A stretch of 39,985 nucleotides of DNA from positions 1 to 39,985 of the forward strand of contig CAZOGQ010000001.1 of the NCBI GenBank assembly GCA_964579545.1. The letters are read 5' to 3'. The notes beneath the pieces are model-generated. The model ran no database searches and had not been told where the DNA came from. It was given only the letters and a program-made list of their open reading frames with translations. This stretch comes from Candidatus Woesearchaeota archaeon (GTDB lineage: Archaea; Nanobdellota; Nanobdellia; Pacearchaeales; GW2011-AR1). Position numbers and translations under genes: made by a program. Position 1 is the first letter of the stretch. Each line of letters starts with the position of its first letter. This document shows positions 24,202 to 32,739 of the stretch, in pieces.

Positions 24202-25452
24202 TTAATCAATCCTAAAAAATTTTTTAATTAATTTCCAGATTTTTGTGCCAATTTTTTCTTGTTTTATTTTCCCCGTTTGCTCTTCTGAAACTTCTTCTAT
24301 TGTTTCTTCAATGTTCTTTTCCTCAGATCTTTGTTTTTTTAATTTTAAAGAAAATAAGGGGGTTATTTTTTCTGGCTTTTTGATTGTTAAACTAATACTT
24401 TCATCGCAATTATCAAATAAATAGGCTTTTCCAGGTAAAATATCAAAGTTCATATCTGGATAAGTTGGCCACCGCTCTTTTCTATTTATTTGCCATGTTG
24501 ATATTTCACAATGAATATTATTAGCTTGCAGAAACTGTTCATAAACTTCTTTGGTGGTGTATCCTTTAAACGGAACGCCAATATAATTATGGCCTTTTTT
24601 AATATCTAATGGAACTTTATCAACTTCATACCCTTGTATTGTTATTATTTTCTGTTTGTGTTTATTTTCTATAATAAAGCCTTCGCCAACATCTAATTGC
24701 ATATTAGAAAGTTCCCCTGTATTTGAATTCATAAATTTATCTTGAAAGTCTTTCCATTCTCCTGTTGTATCTTCCAAATTGACTTGCCAAGCCATTTCAT
24801 ATCTATAATCTCCTTCTCCTGCTTCTAATTTCCAAATAACATCTGCTGTTGCAGCAGATTTTTCACCTTCAAGCTTACCTCCAAACAAATCTTGGACACT
24901 ATTGCTTTCTGGCTTATACATAAGAGAAACAAAATTCATACCAGGAAGAAGAATTATTTCCTGTGTTTTTAATTCTCTTGCTTCAATTTTTTTTGTGACT
25001 TTTTGAGGTTCTATTTTTTCTCTCTCTTCTCCAAGCAATTCTATTTTCTTGCAAATACCATTCTTACAAGTCATGCTCTCTTCTATTTCTGAACAATTTT
25101 TTCTCTCTTTTTTTACCTCATTATCTAAACAATAATATTCATAAAGTATATCTGGATATTTACTATCACAATGATCTTTATAAGTTTTATTTCCATAAGT
25201 TATTTGCCCAGAGACATAGTAATCTTTTCCTTTATCAGGATCTTTACATTGTATTTGGGTTGGTGTTGGACTAGGACTTTGGGAATCTATTGGAGAAGGA
25301 TTTGGTGAATATTCTGGGCTTGAAGTAGGTGTTGGACTAGGGCTTGGAGTTTCTGATGCCATGCCAGTTATTCCTGGTTTTTTAATAAAAACAAGTCCAG
25401 TTATTAATAAAACAACAACAACCAATAATACCCAAAACATACTACTTTTCAT
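24202..25452 (-). CDS. Secreted protein: signal/TM segment, Pro/Ser/Thr-rich linker, 6-Cys module, divergent C-terminal domain
   Basis: 416 aa. It contains 'ETPSPSPTPTSSPEYSPNPSPIDSQSPSPTPTQIQCKDPDKGKDYYVSGQITYGNKTYKDHCDSKYPDILYEYYCLDNEVKKERKNCSE..MTCKNGICKK'. It is a paralogue of 39369..39985. Confidence 0.7.
   Translation of the reverse strand: MKSSMFWVLLVVVVLLITGLVFIKKPGITGMASETPSPSPTPTSSPEYSPNPSPIDSQSPSPTPTQIQCKDPDKGKDYYVSGQITYGNKTYKDHCDSKYPDILYEYYCLDNEVKKERKNCSEIEESMTCKNGICKKIELLGEEREKIEPQKVTKKIEARELKTQEIILLPGMNFVSLMYKPESNSVQDLFGGKLEGEKSAATADVIWKLEAGEGDYRYEMAWQVNLEDTTGEWKDFQDKFMNSNTGELSNMQLDVGEGFIIENKHKQKIITIQGYEVDKVPLDIKKGHNYIGVPFKGYTTKEVYEQFLQANNIHCEISTWQINRKERWPTYPDMNFDILPGKAYLFDNCDESISLTIKKPEKITPLFSLKLKKQRSEEKNIEETIEEVSEEQTGKIKQEKIGTKIWKLIKKFFRID
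25044..25252 (-). repeat. Cys-module repeat, inverted copy of 39503..39711 (about 95% identity, 131-nt perfect core)
   Basis: The reverse complement was compared by eye. There are about 10 mismatches, all near the two ends. Confidence 0.85.
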
Positions 25453-25720
25453 TTATATAATAAATATACTTTATATTTAAAACTTTTGTAAAGCTCACCT
25501 ATTATGTTCGCTCGCCTTTTTTCGTGTTTGCTTTATCAATCTTTAAGATTGATTCCATAATTTTTCCTGCCCTATGCATTAACCTTAATACAATATTTAA
25601 GCTGTCTAACCTGTAAGATATTGACTTTATAGGTTTGTTCTAGCAGGTAACAACTGTTTTTAGGAATCACATTATAATTCAAATAACAACATTTTTATAT
25701 ACACCACCACCCATTATTTC

Positions 25721-26389
25721 ATGAAAATAAAGGATGTAAATATAGAATGGCTTGGCCACGCAGGATTTTTAATTAGTAATAAGGGTAAGAGTATCTACAT
25801 AGACCCTTATAATATCAAAGAGAGTGAGAAAAAAGCAGACATGATTTTAATAACACATAGTCATTACGACCACTGTAGTATTGCTGATATCTCCAAGATA
25901 ATTAAATCTGGCACAACAATTGTATTGCCAGCAGATGTTCAAAGTAAAATAACAAAATTTGATCAAAAAATAAGTATGCAAGTTGTAGAACCCGGTGATA
26001 TGCTCGATCTTGGCGCAGTTAAAATAGATGTTGTAGCTGCGTACAATATCAACAAAGAATTTCACCCTAAACAAGAAAATTGGCTTGGTTTTGTTATTAA
26101 ACTTGGTTCTGTTGTTGTATATCATGCTGGAGACACAGATCTTATTCCTGAAATGCAAAAACTAACTGGTTATGGAGGACATGGAAATGAATTAGTTGTC
26201 TTGTTGCCTGTGGGTGGTAAATATACAATGAATACTGAAGAAGCTGCAAAAGCAGCTGCAATAATTAAACCCACCTTAGCTATACCAATGCATTATGCAA
26301 CTATTATCGGTACTGAAGAAGATGCTCAAAAATTTTGTCAGTTATGCCAAGAAAAAGGTATAAAATGTCAGGTGTTGGAGAAAGTTTAG
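25721..26389 (+). CDS. MBL-fold metal-dependent hydrolase (UPF0173-like)
   Basis: 222 aa. Motifs seen: 'EWLGHAGFLI', 'ILITHSHYDHC', 'VYHAGDTD'. A TATA-like TTTATATA box lies 27 nt upstream. Confidence 0.85.
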   Translation: MKIKDVNIEWLGHAGFLISNKGKSIYIDPYNIKESEKKADMILITHSHYDHCSIADISKIIKSGTTIVLPADVQSKITKFDQKISMQVVEPGDMLDLGAVKIDVVAAYNINKEFHPKQENWLGFVIKLGSVVVYHAGDTDLIPEMQKLTGYGGHGNELVVLLPVGGKYTMNTEEAAKAAAIIKPTLAIPMHYATIIGTEEDAQKFCQLCQEKGIKCQVLEKV

Positions 26390-26413
26390 AAATAAACTTA
26401 GTTCTTAATTAAA

Positions 26414-26818
26414 ATGTTAAGGATAGAAAGCGAGTATAAACTTAAAAAAAAACATTTCCGGAGGTATGGGCATCTAGAGAGCGCGAGTTATTATCCTTCC
26501 TCTGAAGAAGCAAGACACGAAGTACAAGAAAAATTAAACATACCAGATAGCGCGTTAATTAAAAGGGATATTGGCTTCTTTATTGGTGATCGCAGGATTA
26601 GGTATAAAAAAGAAATAAAATCAAGAAGAATAAGAGTTGTGTCGTTAATTAAAGAAATGCCAAGAAGGCAAATAATAACAATCAACCAAGAATTTTATAA
26701 TGACCTTGGGGAGCTTTGCGCAATTGGCTATATCATACATGTGTTCAAAGACTTAAAAAGCGGGAAAATGATTATGCCCCCAGAAGATTTTATGCAGACT
26801 CTTAGAGGATATTTTTAG
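26414..26818 (+). CDS. Hypothetical basic protein
   Basis: 134-aa ORF convergent with 26837..27499. No recognisable motif. Confidence 0.4.
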   Translation: MLRIESEYKLKKKHFRRYGHLESASYYPSSEEARHEVQEKLNIPDSALIKRDIGFFIGDRRIRYKKEIKSRRIRVVSLIKEMPRRQIITINQEFYNDLGELCAIGYIIHVFKDLKSGKMIMPPEDFMQTLRGYF

Positions 26819-26836
26819 TCTTAATTATATGATTAT

Positions 26837-27499
26837 TTAGCTTCTTGCAAGCCCCTCTAATTTTGATTTTAATTCATTTGGATTACTAACATAGACTAAG
26901 TTAATTCCAAATTTTTTTATATAAGCTTCTTCTTCATCTGGAAGTTTTGATGCTTTTATAAAGGGTGTGTAGATAAGATAAGTGAACTGGCAATTTTTTC
27001 CTGCCCTCAATTCAGGATGTATCTTATCTATTTTTGTTTCTATTCCTGGTTTGTTTCTCTTGATTAGTTTAAATAAATAAGTTGCATAATTTAATTCACC
27101 GTCTGTACCAGGACTTGAACCTAAATAAAGAAGAGCATCTCCAAATAAGCCTTTAATTAAATCATGTTTAAACCAATTCTTAGAATCTATAATTTTATCA
27201 AATAATGGTTTTCCATTAACTTGTATCTCTAAATATTGTTGTAGATGTTTGATTCCAAAAATTTTATCATTCTTTGGAAAAGTAGCTATTACTCTCTTTC
27301 TATCAGCTTCTTTATATTTTTTAGCTATTTCAAAACAAATTCCTCTATCTGGGAGCAATTCAATTTCAACACCACTTTCAGCAAGAGCTCTTGCTATTTC
27401 TTCTACTTGTTTTTCAAATTCTTCTTTAGAAATACCAAGCATTTTATAATAATGGAATTCTATATCCCCAGGTCCCATTAAAGATAATCTCAAAGTCAT
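26837..27499 (-). CDS. Divergent LOG/TIGR00725-like (SLOG superfamily) Rossmann-fold protein (tentative)
   Basis: 220 aa. The layout 'LSLMGPGD..IARALAESGVEI..' followed by 'GDALLYLGSSPGTDGELNYA' parallels the LOG 'PGGxGTxxE' motif. It has its own TTTAAATA box (27521..27528) 29 nt from the ATG. Confidence 0.4.
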   Translation of the reverse strand: MTLRLSLMGPGDIEFHYYKMLGISKEEFEKQVEEIARALAESGVEIELLPDRGICFEIAKKYKEADRKRVIATFPKNDKIFGIKHLQQYLEIQVNGKPLFDKIIDSKNWFKHDLIKGLFGDALLYLGSSPGTDGELNYATYLFKLIKRNKPGIETKIDKIHPELRAGKNCQFTYLIYTPFIKASKLPDEEEAYIKKFGINLVYVSNPNELKSKLEGLARS

Positions 27500-27544
27500 A
27501 CAAGTTTTATGTATGTAAGATATTTAAACATTATTATTTTATTA

Positions 27545-27560
27545 TTGATATGAATATCAA
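27545..27560. promoter_or_regulatory. Perfect hairpin/palindrome TTGATAT-GA-ATATCAA overlapping the stop of the 87-aa gene
   Basis: 7-bp stem. It sits between the 87-aa gene and the LOG-like gene promoter, so it could be a terminator or an operator. Confidence 0.35.
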
Positions 27561-27820
27561 TTCGCATCTTTTAGCTCTAAACTTTTCTTCAATTTTTCCA
27601 ATCTTTCTCTATAAATTTGAATAGAATCATCCTCTGCCCCTAAGATTTTAATCTTGATTTCTAATACCTTCAACAAACTTTTATCTATCTCTTTGATATG
27701 GTATTTTCCCCTGTCAATATTCTTTTCTCGAATATCTTCTTCAATTTTTTTAAAATGTTTTTCTATCTCTTTTTTTAAACTGTCAATACCACTTCCTAGT
27801 CTTTTAGCTCTTTTAACCAT
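27557..27820 (-). CDS. Small all-helical/coiled-coil protein coupled to the upstream nucleotidyltransferase gene
   Basis: 87 aa, K/E-rich heptad-like sequence. It overlaps the end of 27796..28545 by 25 nt. Confidence 0.45.
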   Translation of the reverse strand: MVKRAKRLGSGIDSLKKEIEKHFKKIEEDIREKNIDRGKYHIKEIDKSLLKVLEIKIKILGAEDDSIQIYRERLEKLKKSLELKDAN

Positions 27821-28545
27821 TTTTCAGACAAATTTATTATGTTTATTAATTCATCAGCAGAGAGGTTATTTAATTCTTTCTCATTTCTTTTTATCCTAAG
27901 ATAAGCTGAATAAATCTTCTCGCCTACAAGCTCTAAAAAATCTTCTTTGTGGTAAGCTTTTTTTGAAAATATACATTTTATCAAGTATAGTTCTCTCAAC
28001 CTCAAAACAAGAGAATAAGCAACTCCATCCGGAACATTCAGACTATTTTCTTTACAGATCCTTGCAGCATCTCTGTTTATTTTAAAGATTCTTCCAATCT
28101 CTGGAATAATTTTTCTAGTATTGATATTATATTCTTTGTTGATATATTTTTCAATTAATTTTTTATTGAAAATAACTTTTATTTCTTTTAAAATACTTAA
28201 ATAATTAAGATTATTTGGCAAGTTTTTTGCAAAAGAGTTCTCAGATACTAAAAGAATTTCATAAGTCTTGCAATTAATAAGTTTATTTGTATCTTTTGTA
28301 AGAATCAAAATATCAATGTCACTATTAAAATCAAAATCTTCTCTAGAATAACTTCCAAACAAATAAATTCCCATTATTTCTTCATTTAGATTATATTTAA
28401 AAATAATCTCAAAAACATCTTGAGCAATTTTTTCTTTTGATGGTTCATATAGGGTTACAACTACTTGTTTGTTTAGCCAACTTCTAGGTAATAAAACTCC
28501 TGCTGAGGTTCCAACTTCCCTTGTTTGTTTAACTATGTTTTGCAT
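27796..28545 (-). CDS. AbrB-like N-terminal domain fused to a minimal (MNT-type) nucleotidyltransferase and a helical C-terminal domain
   Basis: The start is trimmed to 'MQNIVKQTREVGTSAGVLLPRSWLNKQVVV' (ATG at 28545). The NTase motif is 'IYLFGSYSREDFDFNSDIDILILT'. The tracked 313-aa version adds an implausible Cys/Phe-rich extension that overlaps the TYW3 gene promoter. Confidence 0.6.
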   Translation of the reverse strand: MQNIVKQTREVGTSAGVLLPRSWLNKQVVVTLYEPSKEKIAQDVFEIIFKYNLNEEIMGIYLFGSYSREDFDFNSDIDILILTKDTNKLINCKTYEILLVSENSFAKNLPNNLNYLSILKEIKVIFNKKLIEKYINKEYNINTRKIIPEIGRIFKINRDAARICKENSLNVPDGVAYSLVLRLRELYLIKCIFSKKAYHKEDFLELVGEKIYSAYLRIKRNEKELNNLSADELINIINLSEKWLKELKD

Positions 28546-28627
28546 ATTATAATATATTATAATAAGTATATTTATAAATGTTTTGGTTTTTTTAAAAATA
28601 TATAAACTTCCTGAATTTTGTTTTTTT

Positions 28628-29194
28628 ATGAACAAAAATTTCCAACAGCAAAAAACTCGGCAGTTAGCAAAAAAAGACAGGTCAGATAAGCAAAGTATGG
28701 ACAGGAAAATAAAAAAATTGTGTGATAAAATAAACAAGAAAAAACAATATTACACAACGTCAAGTTGTGCTGGCCGTGTTGTTTTAATAAAAGCTCAGGA
28801 GAAAAAAGGCCCTGGCTTATTTTTGTTTCGGAGCCATAATAAAATAACTCTCAGCGAATTAAAAAAACAGCTTAACAAGATAAAAAGCAAGGAAAAAGGC
28901 TTTGTTTATTTTAAACAAGAAGCCTGTATTTTACATGTTGCATGTACAGATTTGCAAGCTGCACAGAATTTATTAAATAAAGCAAAATTTGCTGGCTGGA
29001 AAAAGAGTGGTTTTATTGCCAGCAACAAAAGGATAGTATGTGAGTTAATGTCAAGTGAAAAAATCGAATTACCTATAATAAACAAAGGGGAGATTTTAGT
29101 TAGCGACGATTATTTGAAACTCCTTGTTCAAGAAGCAAATAAAAAATTAGAGAAAAGCTGGAAAAAAATTAAGAAATTGAAAATATTGTTATGA
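28628..29194 (+). CDS. taw3: tRNA wyosine-derivative methyltransferase Taw3/TYW3
   Basis: It has the 'YYTTSSCAGRVVL' (S-S-C-x-G-R) TYW3 signature and 'ACILHVACTDLQAAQNLL'. The start is trimmed to the ATG at 28628 ('MNKNFQQQ'). Confidence 0.75.
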   Translation: MNKNFQQQKTRQLAKKDRSDKQSMDRKIKKLCDKINKKKQYYTTSSCAGRVVLIKAQEKKGPGLFLFRSHNKITLSELKKQLNKIKSKEKGFVYFKQEACILHVACTDLQAAQNLLNKAKFAGWKKSGFIASNKRIVCELMSSEKIELPIINKGEILVSDDYLKLLVQEANKKLEKSWKKIKKLKILL

Positions 29195-29210
29195 TTAGGA
29201 ATACTTTTTG

Positions 29211-29639
29211 TTATACAGAGGGTTCAATTTCTTGTTTATAAAAACAATTTAGAATAGGATTCAAAAAAAGAATTTTTAATGTTCTGAGACCTTCACCCAT
29301 TTTTTTTATAAGAGAAGGGTATTTTGTTTTAAAAACATCAGGTCCACAATATTTTATTGTATCTAAAAGATGATTTGCAACAACATTTTGATGTTCATAA
29401 TTTGGGCTCATTTCTCTTAATTCAGGATATTTTGTTGGTTTTTCCTCAAATAAAATACTAAAACCAAATTTATGAACCAGATTACATAGTCTGCGCCCTT
29501 GATATCCTAACTTCTTTTTATCAAGAGCTGAATTGTGTGGTAAATCAAACAAAGGTGTGTATTTTGCGCTTACAACTCTTTTTAGCTCTTTAGAACTTTT
29601 TCTTAATCTTTTTTCTAGACTTTCCAACCCTTGATTCAT
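29211..29639 (-). CDS. Hypothetical protein
   Basis: 142-aa ORF with no recognisable motif. Confidence 0.45.
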   Translation of the reverse strand: MNQGLESLEKRLRKSSKELKRVVSAKYTPLFDLPHNSALDKKKLGYQGRRLCNLVHKFGFSILFEEKPTKYPELREMSPNYEHQNVVANHLLDTIKYCGPDVFKTKYPSLIKKMGEGLRTLKILFLNPILNCFYKQEIEPSV

Positions 29640-29810
29640 TTTACCTCCTTAAATCTTAAAAGAATTATAATTTACTGATTTCTTCGCCTTATAAATCTTT
29701 GCATGAAATTTTTCCGTTAACTTATCGGTTGGTAAATAAGTGATTTTTGTAATTTTCTAAAAAGAATAAATATTTTAAAGAGGTATTATTTATAGATTAT
29801 ATGGAATTAG

Positions 29811-30069
29811 ATGTAAATGAGTTATTTTATAAAATTGAAGATAAAAATTTAGAATATGAAGAAGGATTTGATAACGATGATATATATCTCAAACAATCGC
29901 TTCTTTTTCAACGAGTGAGGGGTATATCTTAATTGGAGTTAAGGATGATGGAACTACAATAGGTTGCAGATGTTCAGAAGAGAAAGTTAAAGCAGAATTA
30001 AGTAATTTTTCTAAAGATTTAAAGGTGGGTAAAGGAAATATAGAAATTAATTTACGAAGTATACTCTAA
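29811..30069 (+). pseudogene. Frameshifted, truncated AlbA_2 (Schlafen-type) domain gene fragment
   Basis: The frame from the ATG at 29811 gives 'MELDVNELFYKIEDKNLEYEEGFDNDD' and then stops. The adjacent frame continues 'SQTIASFSTSEGYILIGVKDDGTTIGC...' and stops at 30067..30069. Together these give the AlbA_2 pattern 'LE.K....AFaNt.GG.liiGV.DdG.i.G'. Confidence 0.5.
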
Positions 30070-30130
30070 GGTCCTGTCTTAGGGTGAAAACAAAAGTAAA
30101 ATTAAAAAACTAAGAATTCTTAGCCAAACT

Positions 30131-30304
30131 ATGAATAATAAACTTCAAAAGTCAGCTCATAAAGTTTTTAGGTTAAAGTATCACTTTGTCTTTTGTATTA
30201 AGTATAGAAAGGATTTGTTTCTAAATGAAAAATATATAGAAACTGTTGGAGAAGGAGTAAATGCTGATGTTATAAGGAACTATATAAAAAAGCAAGGCAG
30301 GTAA
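30131..30304 (+). mobile_element. tnpA: Internally deleted IS200/IS605-family TnpA (Y1 transposase) remnant
   Basis: The 57-aa ORF 'MNNKLQKSAHKVFRLKYHFVFCIKYRKDLF..' has the TnpA N-terminal strand with the HUH-region 'YHFVF..KYRK'. It is joined directly to a C-terminal 'VIRNYIKKQG'-type tail. Full TnpA is about 130-150 aa. Palindromes lie upstream (30066..30082, 30110..30123) and downstream (30481..30500). Confidence 0.6.
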
Positions 30305-30626
30305 GGAGAGCAATTAAAGTTATTCAATTTTACTCAATGACATTCAGTGCTCTTAGCATTAGGTGGTTCACTTACTGTTTTAATTAGATTATTAGAAAAA
30401 TAACCAAAATATTATACTGGAAAATATATATTAATAAAACAAAAGATTTTTAAAGAACTAGTTTCTGTTTTATATAATTTAATTCATTGGGGGATGAATT
30501 GAATCCAAAAAGGGAATTGTCTTTCCTAATTGAATTCTTAAATATCGCAAGTAAGATGGATATTTAAATCTTTCGTTTTACTTGAATAGGAAAAAAGTGA
30601 AAGGAGGTTAAAAAGAGATAAAAAAA

Positions 30627-31703
30627 ATGGCACTAGATTTTGCAAAAGAAGCAATAGAAAAAACAGATTCTTACAGCATAAATTTTGATGAGCTTAGGGC
30701 AGGAAAAGCTAATATCAAGGTGTTTGGAATTGGTGGAGCAGGTTGCAATACAGTTACGTGGCTTTTCAATAAGGGAATTAATGGAGCAACAGTTTATGCA
30801 GCAAATACAGATGCTTTGCATCTTAGTATAACCAAAGCTGATGAAAAGATTTTAATTGGTAAGGAATTGACTCGTGGTTTAGGTTGTGGCGGATATCCAC
30901 AAAAAGGGAGAGAAGCTGCAAAAGAAGCAATCGTTGATATAAAGAAGGCAATTTCAGGAGCAGACATGGCTTTTGTTGTTGCAGGACTGGGCGGTGGAAC
31001 AGGAACAGGAGCAGGACCTGTCTTCGGACAGCTTGCAAAAGAATCAGGAGCAGTTGTTATTGGCGTAGTAACAATGCCTTTTGAATGTGAAAAAGCACGG
31101 ATAGATAAGGCAGAGTTTGGTTTACAAGAGTTGAGAGATTTTGTTAATACTGTTATAGTGATTGATAATAATAGACTAGTTGACATAGCAGGCATGTTAC
31201 CTATAGAGCAGGCATTTGCAGTTGCAAATGAACTGGTTAGTACAATGATAAAAGGAATTGTGGAAACAATTACCTTGCCTTCATTGATTAACCTAGATTA
31301 TGCAGATGTTTCTTCTGTTATGAAAGGAGGAGATGTTGCTGTTATAGGTATAGGGGAGGCAGATACAACAAGCAGAGTAGATGATGCTGTTAAACAAGCT
31401 TTAACTCATCCTTTATTAGATGTGGATTATAAGGGAGCAACAGGTGCACTGATACATGTAACTTGTGGTCAGGACCTGAAGCTCGAAGAGTTCAGCAATA
31501 TTGGGCAATTAATTTCTGAGAACTTAAATCCAGAAGCTCAAGTAATTATAGGAGCAAGAATAAACAAGGAATTTCAAGGAAAAGTAAGGGTTATTACAAT
31601 CATGACTGGTGTTTCTTCACCATATATACTTGGAAAGTCAAAACAACGAGAATCTTCGCCAACCCCAGAGATATCAGAGCTTGGGATAGAGTTTTTTAAG
31701 TAA
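30627..31703 (+). CDS. ftsZ: Cell division GTPase FtsZ
   Basis: Motifs seen: 'IKVFGIGGAGCNTV' and the tubulin signature 'GLGGGTGTGAGPV', with the following T7-loop region. Confidence 0.95.
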   Translation: MALDFAKEAIEKTDSYSINFDELRAGKANIKVFGIGGAGCNTVTWLFNKGINGATVYAANTDALHLSITKADEKILIGKELTRGLGCGGYPQKGREAAKEAIVDIKKAISGADMAFVVAGLGGGTGTGAGPVFGQLAKESGAVVIGVVTMPFECEKARIDKAEFGLQELRDFVNTVIVIDNNRLVDIAGMLPIEQAFAVANELVSTMIKGIVETITLPSLINLDYADVSSVMKGGDVAVIGIGEADTTSRVDDAVKQALTHPLLDVDYKGATGALIHVTCGQDLKLEEFSNIGQLISENLNPEAQVIIGARINKEFQGKVRVITIMTGVSSPYILGKSKQRESSPTPEISELGIEFFK

Positions 31704-31740
31704 GCTAAGAAATAATATTTCCTTTAGTAGTTTTTTTCTT

Positions 31741-31767
31741 GCCAGCCACTTTTGGCTGGCTTTTTTT
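31741..31767 (+). terminator. Stem-loop (GCCAGCC-ACTTTT-GGCTGGC) followed by T7, downstream of ftsZ
   Basis: A perfect 7-bp GC-rich stem at 31741..31760 is followed by ttttttt at 31761..31767. Confidence 0.6.
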
Positions 31768-31963
31768 ATTATGAAATTTTCTTTGAAAAACCTTTTAGCC
31801 TGAATTCTGAATCAGACATAACATTTAGATGAAAAAATCGTAAAGGCACCCGAGGAAATTAGATCTTCGTATGCGACTAGGAGGAGTCGCCGAAGGCAAT
31901 TTAGGTTGGGGAAAAGACAGGAGTATCACCAAATTTATATAGTATCTATTTCTTCTTAGGGCT

Positions 31964-32416
31964 ATGGAAAGAGGATTAGTAATATTAAGTTTATCATTGT
32001 TAGTAATTCCAACAGTACTTGGGGCAATGGACCCTGTAAGAGGATTTTGCGAGCATCAAGATTATACGGTAGATTTGGGTTTTTATGAGAATGATTCCGC
32101 ATATTACTTTTGTGTTTTTGATGACGAGAACAAATGTGATATGAATGAGTTTTATAGGGGAAATTGCGGACAAGAATTTAAAAAAGAATTTCAATGTAGA
32201 GAAGAAGGAAAGATTGTTTTTTCGCAATTTGAGGAATGTTGTAAGGGTCTGAAACCATACTTACCTCCAGACATAATTGGACAATCATCTTGCCAACCAT
32301 TCTCAAAAAGGTTTGTTGGAAATCTAAAATATATTTCTCTTTATTGGGCAGTGGGAATAGCAATTCTCATCTTGATAGTATTTATTATTGTAAGGGTTAT
32401 TAGGAAGAAGAAATAA
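31964..32416 (+). CDS. Secreted Cys-rich DUF333-like protein with C-terminal TM anchor
   Basis: It has a signal-like N-terminus. 'FCEHQDYTVDLGF..YYFCVFDDENKCDMNEFYRGNCG' fits the DUF333 pattern (C..gG......C.f.dg..CdEW.f.rG.C). The terminal helix is 'LYWAVGIAILILIVFIIV'. A TTTATATA box lies 30 nt upstream. Confidence 0.5.
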   Translation: MERGLVILSLSLLVIPTVLGAMDPVRGFCEHQDYTVDLGFYENDSAYYFCVFDDENKCDMNEFYRGNCGQEFKKEFQCREEGKIVFSQFEECCKGLKPYLPPDIIGQSSCQPFSKRFVGNLKYISLYWAVGIAILILIVFIIVRVIRKKK

Positions 32417-32633
32417 TTCTTAACATATTTTATGGGAAAGTTTCTATAAGCGAGCCCAGCCCTAATAATTAACTTATTTTATTTATCTTGTAGGCGTTTT
32501 CGGGAATTGAGCATAACATCGGGCTTAAGCAACCAGAAGGGCTCAAGTGGAACGAAGTGACTTCAAGTTTTTCTCCGAATACTTAAAGGGATTGGATTTT
32601 AGTGCAACGTTCGGCGAAGCCGAAAAAATCAAA

Positions 32634-32678
32634 GTCGTCGTGACTATATTTTTTTGTTTTTTAGGGGGTTATCGTCGC
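32634..32678. repeat. Imperfect inverted repeat, left arm (partner 34493..34529), flanking the serpin gene
   Basis: The left arm reads gtcgtcgtgac-N20-ggggttatcgtcgc. The reverse complement of the right arm reads atcgtcgtgta-N12-ggggttgtcgtcgc. Confidence 0.6.
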
Positions 32679-32739
32679 TTTTTTGCTTCTTTTTTCTAAA
32701 AAGAAGAGAATTAAATAATACTTTTTTGGGTGGGAATTA

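Noticed and set aside
25044-25252. A DGR-type TR/VR relationship for the shared 6-Cys module.
   Set aside because: The mismatches are scattered transitions (T/C and A/G in both directions) at the edges and are not adenine-specific. No reverse transcriptase gene is nearby.
25453-25720. The 268-bp divergent intergenic region with the palindrome atcaatctt-taa-gattgat (about 25545..25563) as a regulatory element or ncRNA.
   Set aside because: It is a single short AT-rich palindrome without repeats or conserved motifs, which is indistinguishable from chance in 30% GC DNA.
30603-30608. GGAGGT upstream of ftsZ as a Shine-Dalgarno site.
   Set aside because: The spacer to the ATG at 30627 is about 18 nt, too long for a conventional SD. 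It may still lie in the 5' UTR, but I cannot support a ribosome-binding call.
32417-32739. GC-enriched intergenic regions (31768..31963, 32417..32739, 34348..34695) as known structured RNA genes such as tRNA, RNase P RNA, SRP RNA or C/D-box sRNA.
   Set aside because: I found no T-loop/acceptor pattern, no RNase P conserved 'GAGGAAAGUCC'-type block, and no C (RUGAUGA) plus D (CUGA) box pairs. Translations in all frames are full of stops. These regions are reported as hairpin and inverted-repeat observations instead.
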